A stretch of DNA of 61,719 nt, filler included. It is 4 parts of 4 records of this genome, joined end to end, with 100 filler letters (N's around TTAATTAATTAA, not from the genome) between each part and the next. Parts side by side here need not be neighbours in the genome. Positions count along the whole stretch, not along the records: positions 1 to 21,412 come from SRR20825006_2898; 3 more parts are not named here. One strand, written 5' to 3'. A program made the position numbers and the translations under genes. This document shows, one piece after another, positions 1-9,818 of the stretch. The notes under the pieces were generated by a model. The model was given only the letters and a program-made list of their open reading frames with translations. It had not been told where the DNA came from and did not search any database. Position 1 is the stretch's first letter. The number at the start of each line of letters is the position of its first letter.

Positions 1-30
1 GCCCCTCTCAAAATTTTGAGAGGGGCTTTT
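1..30. terminator. Rho-independent terminator downstream of the T9SS cargo gene
   Basis: Perfect 26-bp palindrome GCCCCTCTCAAAATTTTGAGAGGGGC (1-26) followed by a T-run, 30 nt past the stop of the minus-strand gene. Confidence 0.7.
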
Positions 31-60
31 CTAACTACTAACCAACTACTAAAAAATGAT

Positions 61-3000
61 TTAATCTACTATAACTTTAAATCTAATTATTTCTGAATCA
101 ACACTTGCTTCAACTAAATATAAACCTGCAGCTAAGTGCTCCATATTTAATTCGCCTGCGCTTGTGTTAAGTTCTGTATTATATACTTTCTGACCAGAAA
201 GATTATATACCGATACTTGGTTTATTATACCGTTGCATGATATATTTAAAACATCTTTTACTGGATTTGGATAAAATTTAAACGAATTAACATTGTGGTC
301 TGTTACTCCAGCTGTTGCATCTGTTGTAAAAAATACTGGTCCTTCCCAAGCGCTTCCGTTTGAACTACAGATTGATTTTACGTATACTTCGTAATCTGTG
401 TTTGGCAATAAATTTTCCAATAAAACTTGAGTAGTTGTTGTCTGTGTTCCTACTGCAGCTCCAGGATACCCTACTCCATTTGGTTGCACAATATATTCAT
501 AACCATTAGAAGGTTTTGGATTTGGCTCAGTCCATCTTGCCATTGCTGTTGTTTCTGTAATGTTTTCAACTATTATATCAGTTGGTGAGGCACATACTGG
601 AGAATCATCATAAGCAGCTATTTTAAAGTAGCCATAATCTCCTGCCCAACCCCAAGCTCTAACCAAAACTTCTGTTTCTGGTTCAAGATTATCAAGTTCA
701 ATAAGATTGAAAAATCCTTCGCCCGAATCTGAATCACAATATATAGTTGTTAAGCTTCCGCAGATACCACTGTACGTTTGAAGCCCCATATCAGTTAGAT
801 AAGGATCGCCGTTCGTTCTTGTTTCAATTTTCACCCTTCCTGATGCTGGAACAGTAACCGTGTACCATACATCTTTTCCTTTATCTGCAAATTCAAGAGC
901 ATCACAAATTACTAATGGATCTGCTGGATTTCTAGTTGAAGAAGTACTGTTTCCTATAATGAAACTAGTTTCAAAATCTGTTCCTACTGTTAAATCAAAC
1001 CCTCCAGAACATTCATCATTCGCTGGAGCTGGTGGTGAAGGATATGCACAAATTGTGAAATATATTGCTATTGAGCTTCCTGAGCTAGAAACAGAAACAT
1101 AATACGTTTCTCCTGCCGTTAAATCTACTCGTTGTAAATAAGATGTACAGTTTTCTGAAATTCGCGTTAAATTACCAGGTGTTCCTGTGTAAACAGCAAC
1201 ATAGGTTGGAGCCGAACCATTAACAAGGGTTCTTCTAAAAGTATAATTGGCAGTTTGATCTGGCACAAATTTGTACCATACATCCGCAAAATCAGTTCCA
1301 CAATCTACATCTACAGAATGAGTTGCAGAAGCTGTATACCCGTCTAATCCATTATTACAGGTATCATCTGTAGATTCTGTTAAAAGTATAGCACCAGTAG
1401 ACTCATCATTTACAGGAACTTCAGGGAACTTATAAACGCAAAGAGAAAACTCCGTGTTTGGTTCTGGACTAGATATAGAAACAAAATATGTTTCACCTCC
1501 ATTAAGTGTTGGTGCTGTATAACGTGTACTGCAACCAGCAGATATGGGCTGTAAATCTACTGAAGATCCTTCAAAGATGAACATGTTTACGTCTTCACCC
1601 GTTAAGCTTTCTATGCTAAAAGCATATTTACCAGATTCGGTTGGTGTAAAACGGTACCATAAGTCATTATAACCATTATAAGTAGGATTTGTACATGGGT
1701 AATTTGTTGTACGTGTTGCTCCTACAAAATCTCCTGTTATTGCATTGTTACAATTATAGTCATCAGACATTGTTAATATTGCAGCAGTTAAAGGTTCATC
1801 ATTTAAACCTTGTGGAGTAACAAATTCATAATGAACATCGTCCATATAAATATTTTTAAAGTTACTTCCGTTACCAGAGTGTTGTGGCTTAAAAGCAATA
1901 TAGCTATGATTTAAACTAGTGTCATAGTTTGTTAGATCTATTGTAAACTCTGACCAAGTTTCTGCAACAATGCTAGTTTCGTTAAGTGTTGTATCATCTA
2001 AAACTACAAAAGTTGAAGCGTCTAAAGGGTCTGACATTGTACCAACAATAACAGTAAACTCTTCAGTAGTTGAAGTGCTTTTATTCATTTTGAATCGTAT
2101 CTGCTTATCGATACTTAAATCAGTAATTTCAGGAGTACTTAAAAATAGACCCTCAGCATCCGAACTTGAACTAAAAAACATACGCAACATCAAGTTTCCG
2201 TCGGCTGGCAAAATATTATTCTGGGAAGCGTAGGTTCTAAAATCTCCTGTGGTTGTATCTAAAACTGACCAACATGGCTTAACTTCTTGGCCATCTTCAT
2301 TAAGACCTTCAAAACTATCACTATATTCAGCGACAACGGTATCACAAGTAGTTGTAAATGCAGTTGATGCAACCCAAGCTCCAAAATCTGTAGCATCACA
2401 TTTTGCACGAACGTAAGCAATGTAAGCTGTATTTTGATCTAAAGAAACGTTTACAGAAGTTGTTGAAACTTCAGTTCCAGTTGTTGTAGCATCTGGTGCT
2501 GGCACTGTAGTTTCTTGTACAATATACTCCCAAGCTGTTTCTCCAGAACCACTAACATTCCAAGAAATATCAGCAGCGTTGTATTGAACGTTGTTTGCAG
2601 TTATATTAGTTACTTCAAGACATGAAGGAATATCTTCTACGCAAACTGTATTTATCCAAATATATTTATTTACAGCTCCGCTATGCTTAAATGCAAATCT
2701 TGAATGACCATTATTAGGTAAGTCTACCAAGTATTCAGCATTTCTATCTGCAGTTAAAGTAAGTGTCGAAAATTGCACAAAATTATCTGAACCATCAATA
2801 GTTCCAATTTCTAAAACATCTGCAGGGCTTGTAGTTGAAGTTCCAGCTTGAATTCGTAAACGATGGTTACCATCTGTACCAAATGTTGCTTCTGGTGAAA
2901 TTGCAATAATATCTCCAGTGGTTGTAGTTGTATAAAACAGTTCAAACATGTTTTTTCCATACGCTCCAATATAATTTACATAAGCCCATCCGCCAGCTGG

Positions 3001-3921
3001 TTCATCAACAACACTCCAGCAAAAAGGCACTGTATTATCTGCTATTCCTGCAAAATCATCACAAAAATTTTCTGTAAAAGGACCACATAAAGTTCTTAAT
3101 GTATTTGAGGCTTTTATCCAAGCACCAAAATCACCTCCACCACAATTAGCTCTTACATAAGCTTCATAATCTGTGTCAAGTTGAAGGTCTGCTACTGTAA
3201 TCGATAGGTTTATATCTGTAGCTGTATAAGCTGTTCCATTTGTAGTTGCTGTAGGCTCAATACCTCCTACTTCTTGTACGATATACTCCCAGTTATCTTC
3301 ACCAGTACCACTTTCAGTCCAGGCTAAATCTACAGCAGTTTGTGCAGGATTTGATAAAGCTACATTGGTAACTTCCAAACAAGTTGGGATTGTCTCTAAG
3401 CAAACACTATCTATATTAACTTGATCAAACGTTGATCCAAGGTTATGTTGAAAAAAGATATATTGATCTGTTCCCGCAGGAATTACAACCTCATGTGCTT
3501 CCCAATCAGTATTATTTATTCCTGTTAATGCAATAGTTGCAATCGTAGTAAATGTTCCGCTTCCATCACCAGCAGTTGTAGTACCTACTATCAAACTTGA
3601 TTCTACAGCCCCTTGAGCATAAAACTTTAAGCGGTGGTTACCATCTGAAGTCGTTGCATTCATCGGTGAAATAAAAATGATATCACCAGAAGTTGCAGCT
3701 GCGTTATACATTCTAAAATATCTTGAAGGACTTGGTGCTGAAGCATTACTCGTTACCTTTCCATACGCCTGAGAAACACCAGTTGTGTTAATCATTGTCC
3801 AATCAACAGGTACATCATTATTGTTATACGAGTCAAAATTTTCCGATATTTCACATTGCGCATAAACAAAATGCCCTACAAAAAGGAATGCAAAAAATAA
3901 AATTTGTAGTGATTTTTTCAT
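61..3921 (-). CDS. Large T9SS (type A CTD) secreted surface protein with Fn3 and adhesin-like repeats, 1286 aa
   Basis: Signal peptide (..HFVYAQ). Repeated Fn3-like units (CLEVTN..W..YxAYVRAxC..DFGAW twice, plus a third near the C-terminus) and three NDE-initiated repeats. C-terminal FYPNPVKDVLNI...AGLYLV...FKVIV is the typical T9SS sorting domain. Confidence 0.85.
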   Translation of the reverse strand: MKKSLQILFFAFLFVGHFVYAQCEISENFDSYNNNDVPVDWTMINTTGVSQAYGKVTSNASAPSPSRYFRMYNAAATSGDIIFISPMNATTSDGNHRLKFYAQGAVESSLIVGTTTAGDGSGTFTTIATIALTGINNTDWEAHEVVIPAGTDQYIFFQHNLGSTFDQVNIDSVCLETIPTCLEVTNVALSNPAQTAVDLAWTESGTGEDNWEYIVQEVGGIEPTATTNGTAYTATDINLSITVADLQLDTDYEAYVRANCGGGDFGAWIKASNTLRTLCGPFTENFCDDFAGIADNTVPFCWSVVDEPAGGWAYVNYIGAYGKNMFELFYTTTTTGDIIAISPEATFGTDGNHRLRIQAGTSTTSPADVLEIGTIDGSDNFVQFSTLTLTADRNAEYLVDLPNNGHSRFAFKHSGAVNKYIWINTVCVEDIPSCLEVTNITANNVQYNAADISWNVSGSGETAWEYIVQETTVPAPDATTTGTEVSTTSVNVSLDQNTAYIAYVRAKCDATDFGAWVASTAFTTTCDTVVAEYSDSFEGLNEDGQEVKPCWSVLDTTTGDFRTYASQNNILPADGNLMLRMFFSSSSDAEGLFLSTPEITDLSIDKQIRFKMNKSTSTTEEFTVIVGTMSDPLDASTFVVLDDTTLNETSIVAETWSEFTIDLTNYDTSLNHSYIAFKPQHSGNGSNFKNIYMDDVHYEFVTPQGLNDEPLTAAILTMSDDYNCNNAITGDFVGATRTTNYPCTNPTYNGYNDLWYRFTPTESGKYAFSIESLTGEDVNMFIFEGSSVDLQPISAGCSTRYTAPTLNGGETYFVSISSPEPNTEFSLCVYKFPEVPVNDESTGAILLTESTDDTCNNGLDGYTASATHSVDVDCGTDFADVWYKFVPDQTANYTFRRTLVNGSAPTYVAVYTGTPGNLTRISENCTSYLQRVDLTAGETYYVSVSSSGSSIAIYFTICAYPSPPAPANDECSGGFDLTVGTDFETSFIIGNSTSSTRNPADPLVICDALEFADKGKDVWYTVTVPASGRVKIETRTNGDPYLTDMGLQTYSGICGSLTTIYCDSDSGEGFFNLIELDNLEPETEVLVRAWGWAGDYGYFKIAAYDDSPVCASPTDIIVENITETTAMARWTEPNPKPSNGYEYIVQPNGVGYPGAAVGTQTTTTQVLLENLLPNTDYEVYVKSICSSNGSAWEGPVFFTTDATAGVTDHNVNSFKFYPNPVKDVLNISCNGIINQVSVYNLSGQKVYNTELNTSAGELNMEHLAAGLYLVEASVDSEIIRFKVIVD

Positions 3922-4004
3922 TTCTAAATTTGTTTAAATAATTAATATTCTGAAACGTAAACCTACAATGCTATATACTATAATAAAAGGAAAGGTTTTG
4001 TGAT

Positions 4005-4024
4005 TTTCGTGAAATTTCACGAAA
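4005..4024. promoter_or_regulatory. Candidate operator: perfect 20-bp palindrome upstream of the T9SS gene
   Basis: TTTCGTGAAATTTCACGAAA is self-complementary and overlaps ~10-bp periodic GTGA(A/T)(A/T)TTTC repeats. It lies 84 nt upstream of the start codon. Confidence 0.45.
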
Positions 4025-4076
4025 TTTAAAAAATAAAAATTAATTATAAGTGATTTAAAATCAAATAATTATGTGC

Positions 4077-5234
4077 TTATTTTTGATTTTTCTCAGAATT
4101 TAGCATTTCCTTCTTACGAAGTGCTATTTTTCTTCTTTTTGTAAGAATTTTCTTAATAATAAAATAAAGAACAAGTATTAAAACAACACCTAAAAACAAG
4201 AAAAGGTAGCTGTATTTATCTTTTTGCTCTTCACGTTTTTTTACATTTTCAGATGATAAATCGTTTACTACTTTGTTGAGAGATTTCTTTTCTTCTGAAA
4301 GTAATTTTTCTTGTTCCGCCATATAAAGCGAAGTGTACTCATTGAAGTTTTCAGTATCACCAATTGCTAAGTAATTTTCGGAAAGTGCTTTATAAATCAC
4401 ACTGTTAATTCCAATATCATTTACATTTTCAATCGATTTTACTGCCTTTTTTAGTAATAAAATTGCTTCATCATTATTGCCATTTTCTGAAAGAATATTT
4501 GCCAAGCCTAGTTCGGCATACGCTATATTTTTAATTGCATTTATTTTTTTTGCATAGTATATAGACGCTACATAGTTTTCTTCTGCTTTTTTATAATTTT
4601 TAAGTTCAAAATTACAATCGCCTATTTTATTTGCTGTAATTGCGATACTGGCATAAATGGATTCACTTGAAATATTACTTTTAAATACTTGTTCTGCTTG
4701 TTCTAAGTTTTTAAGTGCATACTCACACCCCAATTCATCTTTTCGAATCAATCCTTTAACAAAAAGAATATTGCCTTGCAAAAATTTTAAAGAATCTGGC
4801 AAGGGGTGATTTACAGAAATATCATAAGCTTTGTCTAAGTAATTTAATGCTTTGTTGCCTAAATTTAAACGCTGATACTCACCACCAATAAAGCCTAAAA
4901 CGCGAATTCTATCAGTATAATGTTCACTTATTTTTGCAATAGAATCCGCTTGAAAAGCATACTCCAAAACCTTATCATGATTTTTTAAAATTGCATATCC
5001 ATTTGCAACAATTAATAAAGCTCCTATTTGTGTTGAGGGATCTTTTTCAGCCATTTTAAATAGCGTTAACCCCTTTTGTATAGCTAAATTTGGGTCATTA
5101 TACGTTATAACACTAGCTTCTGCCCGCAAACTATCCAATTGAGCACGTGTTTGCGCCTGTGCTTTATAAGTATTTAAAGCAATAAAAAAGCCTATAATAA
5201 ATGCTATATTATATTTAAAAAAGTATGTTTTCAT
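4077..5234 (-). CDS. TPR-repeat membrane-anchored protein without a DNA-binding domain
   Basis: Signal peptide, helical TPR-like repeats (ALNYLDKAY, AEENYVASI, AILLLKKAV), one C-terminal TM helix and a short basic tail. Confidence 0.75.
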   Translation of the reverse strand: MKTYFFKYNIAFIIGFFIALNTYKAQAQTRAQLDSLRAEASVITYNDPNLAIQKGLTLFKMAEKDPSTQIGALLIVANGYAILKNHDKVLEYAFQADSIAKISEHYTDRIRVLGFIGGEYQRLNLGNKALNYLDKAYDISVNHPLPDSLKFLQGNILFVKGLIRKDELGCEYALKNLEQAEQVFKSNISSESIYASIAITANKIGDCNFELKNYKKAEENYVASIYYAKKINAIKNIAYAELGLANILSENGNNDEAILLLKKAVKSIENVNDIGINSVIYKALSENYLAIGDTENFNEYTSLYMAEQEKLLSEEKKSLNKVVNDLSSENVKKREEQKDKYSYLFLFLGVVLILVLYFIIKKILTKRRKIALRKKEMLNSEKNQK

Positions 5235-5248
5235 TAAGTGGAAAGATA

Positions 5249-6796
5249 CTAAAAAGTAGCCGATTTCTCTTTTCTGTTTTTCTTCAAAAATGAAATAAAC
5301 TGTTTTGGTGTGAAACCAGTAATAGATTTAAAAACTACTGTAAAAGCACTATGGGATGAAAATCCAGATGTTTCAGCAAGGTAACTTACTTTGTAATTTA
5401 AGTAGGCTTTGTCGGTTTTCATTAATTGAATAATGTAATTTACACGAAGTTCGTTAATATACGTATTGAAGTTTTTCTGCTTGTGGGTATGAATTATTTC
5501 AGAAATATATTTAGAATTAGTTTTCATCTGTTTGGCTAATAAGCCTAAATTCATATTGCTATTGGTAAAATTTGTTGAAGCCTCAAACTCTTCCAAACGT
5601 TTTAAAATACTATTTTCAGTTTCTTCAGGAATAACAACACCTTTAAAAGGCTTTGATGAAGTATCGTCAATACTAAAAGGCGCTTCAAGCTTTTCATCTT
5701 TCTCAACTTGTGCAATCACCTTCTGGAAACGCTTGTATTCTTGATTGAGCTTTCTGTTATAAAAATAATACCCAATAAGTATCAGTAAAAATAACCCTGC
5801 GAACCCTAATCCCCATTTGTAATAATTTTTTTTATCATTAAGCAAATTGTGCTGCTGTTCTGCGTCTATATGCGAAATTATTACACTGCGAATGTTTCTT
5901 TCTTCAATTAGTTTTTCGGCATTCAGCGTTACTTTTTCAGTATAAAATTTTTGAGATAAAGCAATACTATCTGTGCCTTTATATAGTTCTGAAAGGTTTT
6001 CTAAAATTTCTATTTTTACTGAACTTTCAATTACAGGAATTTGCAATGCTTTTTTAAAATATTCAAGCGAAGTATTAAAATCTTCTTCCAAAAGAAACAA
6101 CTTTCCTAAACCGCTAAGGGAACTACTTTCTAGTGCAGAGTTTTCAATGCCTGAAGCATGTAAAATCGCAATCGTTTTCTTAAAGTATACTTTTGAACTA
6201 TCCGTATTTTGAACCAAAAGATACGTAGCACCTAGCTCATTCTTAATAATCGCTTGAAGCACTGGCGAGTCATTCAAAATTAAATTATCAGCCTGCGCTA
6301 ATGTGTGGATTGCCGCATTCGGGTTTTTTAACGCTTTTGCTTGTTCATGAAAAAGAAAAACCTTAGAAATTATCGCCTCTTTTTCTGAATTTATCATTTT
6401 TGAAAAATACGTTGCGTCTTTCAAATAACTTTTAGCAATATCATGCATTCCAGTTATTCTACATTGTTCTGAAAGGGTTGTTAAAACCAAAGAAGAAATA
6501 AAAGGGGCATTTGTATCACTTAATAGCTTTTTTGCACTAAACAAATCCTCAATTCCTTCTGCCGTGTTTCCTGTTAATAATTTACTTTTTGAAAGCAGGT
6601 AAAGTGCTTTTGCTTTTTCAGAATTTGAAGTAGCATTTTCAAAAAGATAGTTAGCAACTTTAATAGTCTGCTCTGGGTTTTGATAAAAAGAATTTAAATT
6701 TTTTATAAAAAGATTGTCCCGTTCCGTTACTCCCTGAGCCATTATAGCGGTAGCGAAAAATGCAAAAAATATAAAGATTGTTAAACGGACTTTCAT
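5249..6796 (-). CDS. TPR-sensor / TM / AraC-family HTH transcriptional regulator
   Basis: Signal peptide, TPR region, TM helix, then AraC C-terminus (LAKQMKTNSKYIS...NFNTYINELRV...LAETSGFSSHSAFTVVFKSITGFTPKQF). Confidence 0.85.
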   Translation of the reverse strand: MKVRLTIFIFFAFFATAIMAQGVTERDNLFIKNLNSFYQNPEQTIKVANYLFENATSNSEKAKALYLLSKSKLLTGNTAEGIEDLFSAKKLLSDTNAPFISSLVLTTLSEQCRITGMHDIAKSYLKDATYFSKMINSEKEAIISKVFLFHEQAKALKNPNAAIHTLAQADNLILNDSPVLQAIIKNELGATYLLVQNTDSSKVYFKKTIAILHASGIENSALESSSLSGLGKLFLLEEDFNTSLEYFKKALQIPVIESSVKIEILENLSELYKGTDSIALSQKFYTEKVTLNAEKLIEERNIRSVIISHIDAEQQHNLLNDKKNYYKWGLGFAGLFLLILIGYYFYNRKLNQEYKRFQKVIAQVEKDEKLEAPFSIDDTSSKPFKGVVIPEETENSILKRLEEFEASTNFTNSNMNLGLLAKQMKTNSKYISEIIHTHKQKNFNTYINELRVNYIIQLMKTDKAYLNYKVSYLAETSGFSSHSAFTVVFKSITGFTPKQFISFLKKNRKEKSATF

Positions 6797-6816
6797 TAAA
6801 ACAACAGCTTATAATG

Positions 6817-6824
6817 CAAATATA
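6817..6824 (-). promoter_or_regulatory. Bacteroidetes sigma70 -7 element
   Basis: TATATTTG on the minus strand matches TAnnTTTG, ~20 nt upstream of the AraC start. Confidence 0.55.
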
Positions 6825-6877
6825 ATTTATTAGAAACCGAGAATCGTTTGATGCTTTAATTTATTTTATAAGAAAAA

Positions 6878-6905
6878 AAAACACCTGAAAAGTTTCAGGT
6901 GTTTT
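6878..6905 (-). terminator. Terminator of trxB
   Basis: AAAACACCTGAAA-AG-TTTCAGGTGTTTT hairpin with a long T-run on the minus strand. Confidence 0.75.
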
Positions 6906-6926
6906 CAAAATATTTTAAAAATAATA

Positions 6927-7889
6927 TTATGCTGTAACTTCTGTTTCAATAGTAGCTAAGTAACGTTCTGCATCTAGAGCAGCCATACAACCTGTACCTG
7001 CTGCGGTTACTGCTTGGCGATATTCTTTATCTTGAACATCACCACTTGCAAAAACACCTGGCATATTTGTTTTGGTACTTTTTCCTTTGGTAATCAAATA
7101 ACCTGTATCGTCCATATCTAATTGACCTTTAAAAATGTCTGTGTTTGGTTTATGGCCAATAGCAATAAATAGACCTGTAATCGCTATTTCTTCTTTTTCA
7201 CCTGTTTGGTTGTTCACCATTCTAAGACCTTCTACAACTTGGTCACCCAAAACCTCATCAACTTCGGTATTGTAGCGAACTTCCAAGTTTTTGGTATTAT
7301 TCACTCTATGCTGCATTGCTTTAGAAGCTTTCATAAAATCTTTACGAACAAGCATGGTTACTTTATTACATATATTTGCTAAATAAGTAGCTTCTTCGGC
7401 TGCAGTATCGCCTGCTCCAACTATTGCAACATCTTGTTTTTTATAGAAAAATCCATCACAAACAGCACAAGCAGAAACACCACCGCCGCGTAATTTTTGT
7501 TCACTTGGCAAACCTAAATATTTGGCAGTTGCTCCTGTTGAAATAATAACAGTCTCAGCTTCAATTTGTGTGGTATTGTCTACCGTTACTTTATGCAATC
7601 CACCTACTACATCGCTAAACGCTACACTTGTAACCATTCCAATACGTACTTGAGTACCAAAACGTTCCGCTTGTTGTTGCAATTGCACCATCATTGTAGG
7701 GCCGTCAATTCCTTCAGGATATCCAGGGAAATTATCAACTTCTGTAGTTGTTGTCAACTGTCCACCAGGTTCCATTCCTGTATACATAATTGGTTTTAAG
7801 TCTGCTCTTGCCGCATAAATTGCTGCAGTGTATCCAGCAGGTCCTGAACCTATAATAAGGCATTTTATTCTTTCAATAGTTTCGCTCAT
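6927..7889 (-). CDS. trxB: Thioredoxin-disulfide reductase
   Basis: IIGSGPAGYTAAIYAAR, GGQL..TTEVDNFPG, CAVCDGFF redox motif, GVFASGDV, QAVTAAGTGC. Confidence 0.97.
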   Translation of the reverse strand: MSETIERIKCLIIGSGPAGYTAAIYAARADLKPIMYTGMEPGGQLTTTTEVDNFPGYPEGIDGPTMMVQLQQQAERFGTQVRIGMVTSVAFSDVVGGLHKVTVDNTTQIEAETVIISTGATAKYLGLPSEQKLRGGGVSACAVCDGFFYKKQDVAIVGAGDTAAEEATYLANICNKVTMLVRKDFMKASKAMQHRVNNTKNLEVRYNTEVDEVLGDQVVEGLRMVNNQTGEKEEIAITGLFIAIGHKPNTDIFKGQLDMDDTGYLITKGKSTKTNMPGVFASGDVQDKEYRQAVTAAGTGCMAALDAERYLATIETEVTA

Positions 7890-8172
7890 GATATTTTGTT
7901 CAATAGTTTTTTTCGAATGGTAAAAATAATAACTTTCAAAGTAATGAAACTCTAAAAGTTATGAAGATTTATTATTGTTCTATTCTAATTTCTTATTTAG
8001 GACTTAAACCCACGCCTTTTTATAAAATTCTTTCTTGCTTAACTTTATAAAATGCTTATTTTTGATTTGCACTTTTTCACATTGAATTTGCAACGAAATG
8101 CAGTCTAATATTTACTTTTTAGGATGCTAATAAAAAAGGTAAACCCTTGTGCTAAAAACAATTCGGGATGTG

Positions 8173-8194
8173 GCCCTTCGACTGCGCTCAGGGC
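8173..8194. repeat. Short REP-like palindromic element attached to a copy of the tRNA 5' end
   Basis: GCCCT-TCGACTGCGCTC-AGGGC hairpin (reverse strand CCCTGAGCGCAGTCGAAGGG), a motif I recognise as a dispersed palindromic repeat in Flavobacteria. Confidence 0.5.
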
Positions 8195-8272
8195 GGGCTG
8201 CACCAGAGGTGGGATTGATAATTTTTTATTAATTTCAAACTAAAATAATGTTCTGGGCAGAAAAAAATAATT

Positions 8273-8346
8273 CGGGATGTGGCGCAGCCTGGTAGCGTAC
8301 ACGTCTGGGGGGCGTGGGGTCGCAAGTTCAAATCTTGTCATCCCGA
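8273..8346 (+). tRNA. tRNA-Pro (GGG)
   Basis: Acceptor stem CGGGATG/CATCCCG, D-arm GCGCAGCCTGGTAGCGT, anticodon arm CACGT-CTGGGGG-GCGTG, T-arm GCAAG-TTCAAAT-CTTGT, discriminator A. CCA is not encoded. Confidence 0.95.
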
Positions 8347-8369
8347 CGAACCACTATTTAGGTGGTTTC

Positions 8370-8403
8370 AAAGCACTGTTAATCTTTTGATTTTCAGTGC
8401 TTT
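8370..8403 (+). terminator. Hairpin/terminator after the tRNA (element left end)
   Basis: AAAGCACTG...CAGTGCTTT stem followed by a T-rich run; a second hairpin lies at 8348-8369. Confidence 0.55.
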
Positions 8404-8563
8404 TCATTTTTTATGATATCAAATAATATCGTTTAATATCATACAACTGGTGTAGAGATCGGTGAATGAATTTGTACATAATTTGTTGTAAATTTAAGTA
8501 GCTTTTTTAGCTATTTAAGATCGTCTTTTCTTAAAAATTTGTTTCACTTAAAAGACGAATAAA

Positions 8564-9796
8564 ATGAGGAATAACAGCACTTTAACCGTATTAATTTTTA
8601 CTAGAGACATCAATAACAATCCTGAAAAGTTGACCATTTATGCTCGAATAACTGTCGATGGGAGACGCGCAGAAATCAGTTTAAAACGTTACACCGCTGT
8701 GAATGTTTGGGATGATTCTAAGGGAAGGGTCATAGGTACCTGCCAAAAAGCGAGATTACTTAACAGCTATTTAGATGAGGTTTATGTCCAGATTATGGAT
8801 GCGCACAAACAGTTACTTCAAGAGGGTAAATTGATTACCGCACAGGCTGTAAAAGCTAGATATTTAGGGCAAGACGAGCAAAACAAGAGCCTAAAAGAAT
8901 TGGTCACATATCATAATACTAATATGGTTTCTGTTTTGAAGTTTGGTACGATGAAAAACTATTACTCTACCGAGCGTTATTTACATAAATTTTTACGGCA
9001 TAAATTTAACTCCCCCGACGTCTATTTAAAACAATTGAACTATAGTTTCATTGTAGATTTTGAACAATATCTTAGAAATTATCAATCTAAAAGTGGACGA
9101 CGAACCTGTGGCAACAATGGAGCCATGAAGCATTTAGAGCGATTGATGAAAATGACCAATTTGGCCGTAAAACTGGAATGGCTGGATAAAGATCCCTTCC
9201 GAAATTATAAGTTGAATTTCCAGAAAACTGAAAAGAGTTACTTATCTGAAAGAGAATTACAATTAATTGAAGAAACAATATTTAAAAGTGAAGGATATGA
9301 AAAAGTACGAAATGTATTTTTATTTTCCTGTTATACAGGCTTATCCTATATTGATGTCAAACAGTTAGAAACCCATCAAATGGTCAGAGGAATTGACGGA
9401 AATTATTGGTTACATACAAAACGTGAAAAAACAAACGAAACTGTAAAGATTCCTTTACTCCCTAAAGCCAAAATTATAATTGATATCTACTCGGGTTCAA
9501 CCGAACAGAAAATTAGTGGTAGATTACTTCCAGTTTTTAGTAATCAAAAAGTGAATAGTTATCTAAAGGAAATCACAAAAGCCTGCGGCATTCATAAAAA
9601 TATTACTTTTCACTCAGCACGACATACGTTTGCTACAACTATTACGTTGTCCAACGGTGTTCCAATAGAGACCGTTTCTAAAATGTTAGGACATACAAAA
9701 CTCAGTACGACTCAAATTTATGCCAGAGTATTGGAGAAAAAGATAGGAGAGGATATGCAGAATCTAATTTCACTTTTCGACAAAAGAAAAAAATAG
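8564..9796 (+). CDS. Site-specific tyrosine integrase (Bacteroidetes IntDOT-like; arm-binding, SAM and catalytic domains)
   Basis: IYARITVDGRRAEISL N-terminus, FLFSCYTGLSYIDV, HSARHTFAT (HxxR), VSKMLGH, TTQIYA. Confidence 0.95.
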   Translation: MRNNSTLTVLIFTRDINNNPEKLTIYARITVDGRRAEISLKRYTAVNVWDDSKGRVIGTCQKARLLNSYLDEVYVQIMDAHKQLLQEGKLITAQAVKARYLGQDEQNKSLKELVTYHNTNMVSVLKFGTMKNYYSTERYLHKFLRHKFNSPDVYLKQLNYSFIVDFEQYLRNYQSKSGRRTCGNNGAMKHLERLMKMTNLAVKLEWLDKDPFRNYKLNFQKTEKSYLSERELQLIEETIFKSEGYEKVRNVFLFSCYTGLSYIDVKQLETHQMVRGIDGNYWLHTKREKTNETVKIPLLPKAKIIIDIYSGSTEQKISGRLLPVFSNQKVNSYLKEITKACGIHKNITFHSARHTFATTITLSNGVPIETVSKMLGHTKLSTTQIYARVLEKKIGEDMQNLISLFDKRKK

Positions 9797-9818
9797 AGAA
9801 TAATAATACAATGATTAT

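Noticed and set aside
9319-9360. Integrase has Ser (TGLSY) where the first catalytic Arg is expected
   Set aside because: Known feature of IntDOT-like Bacteroidetes integrases; not evidence of inactivation
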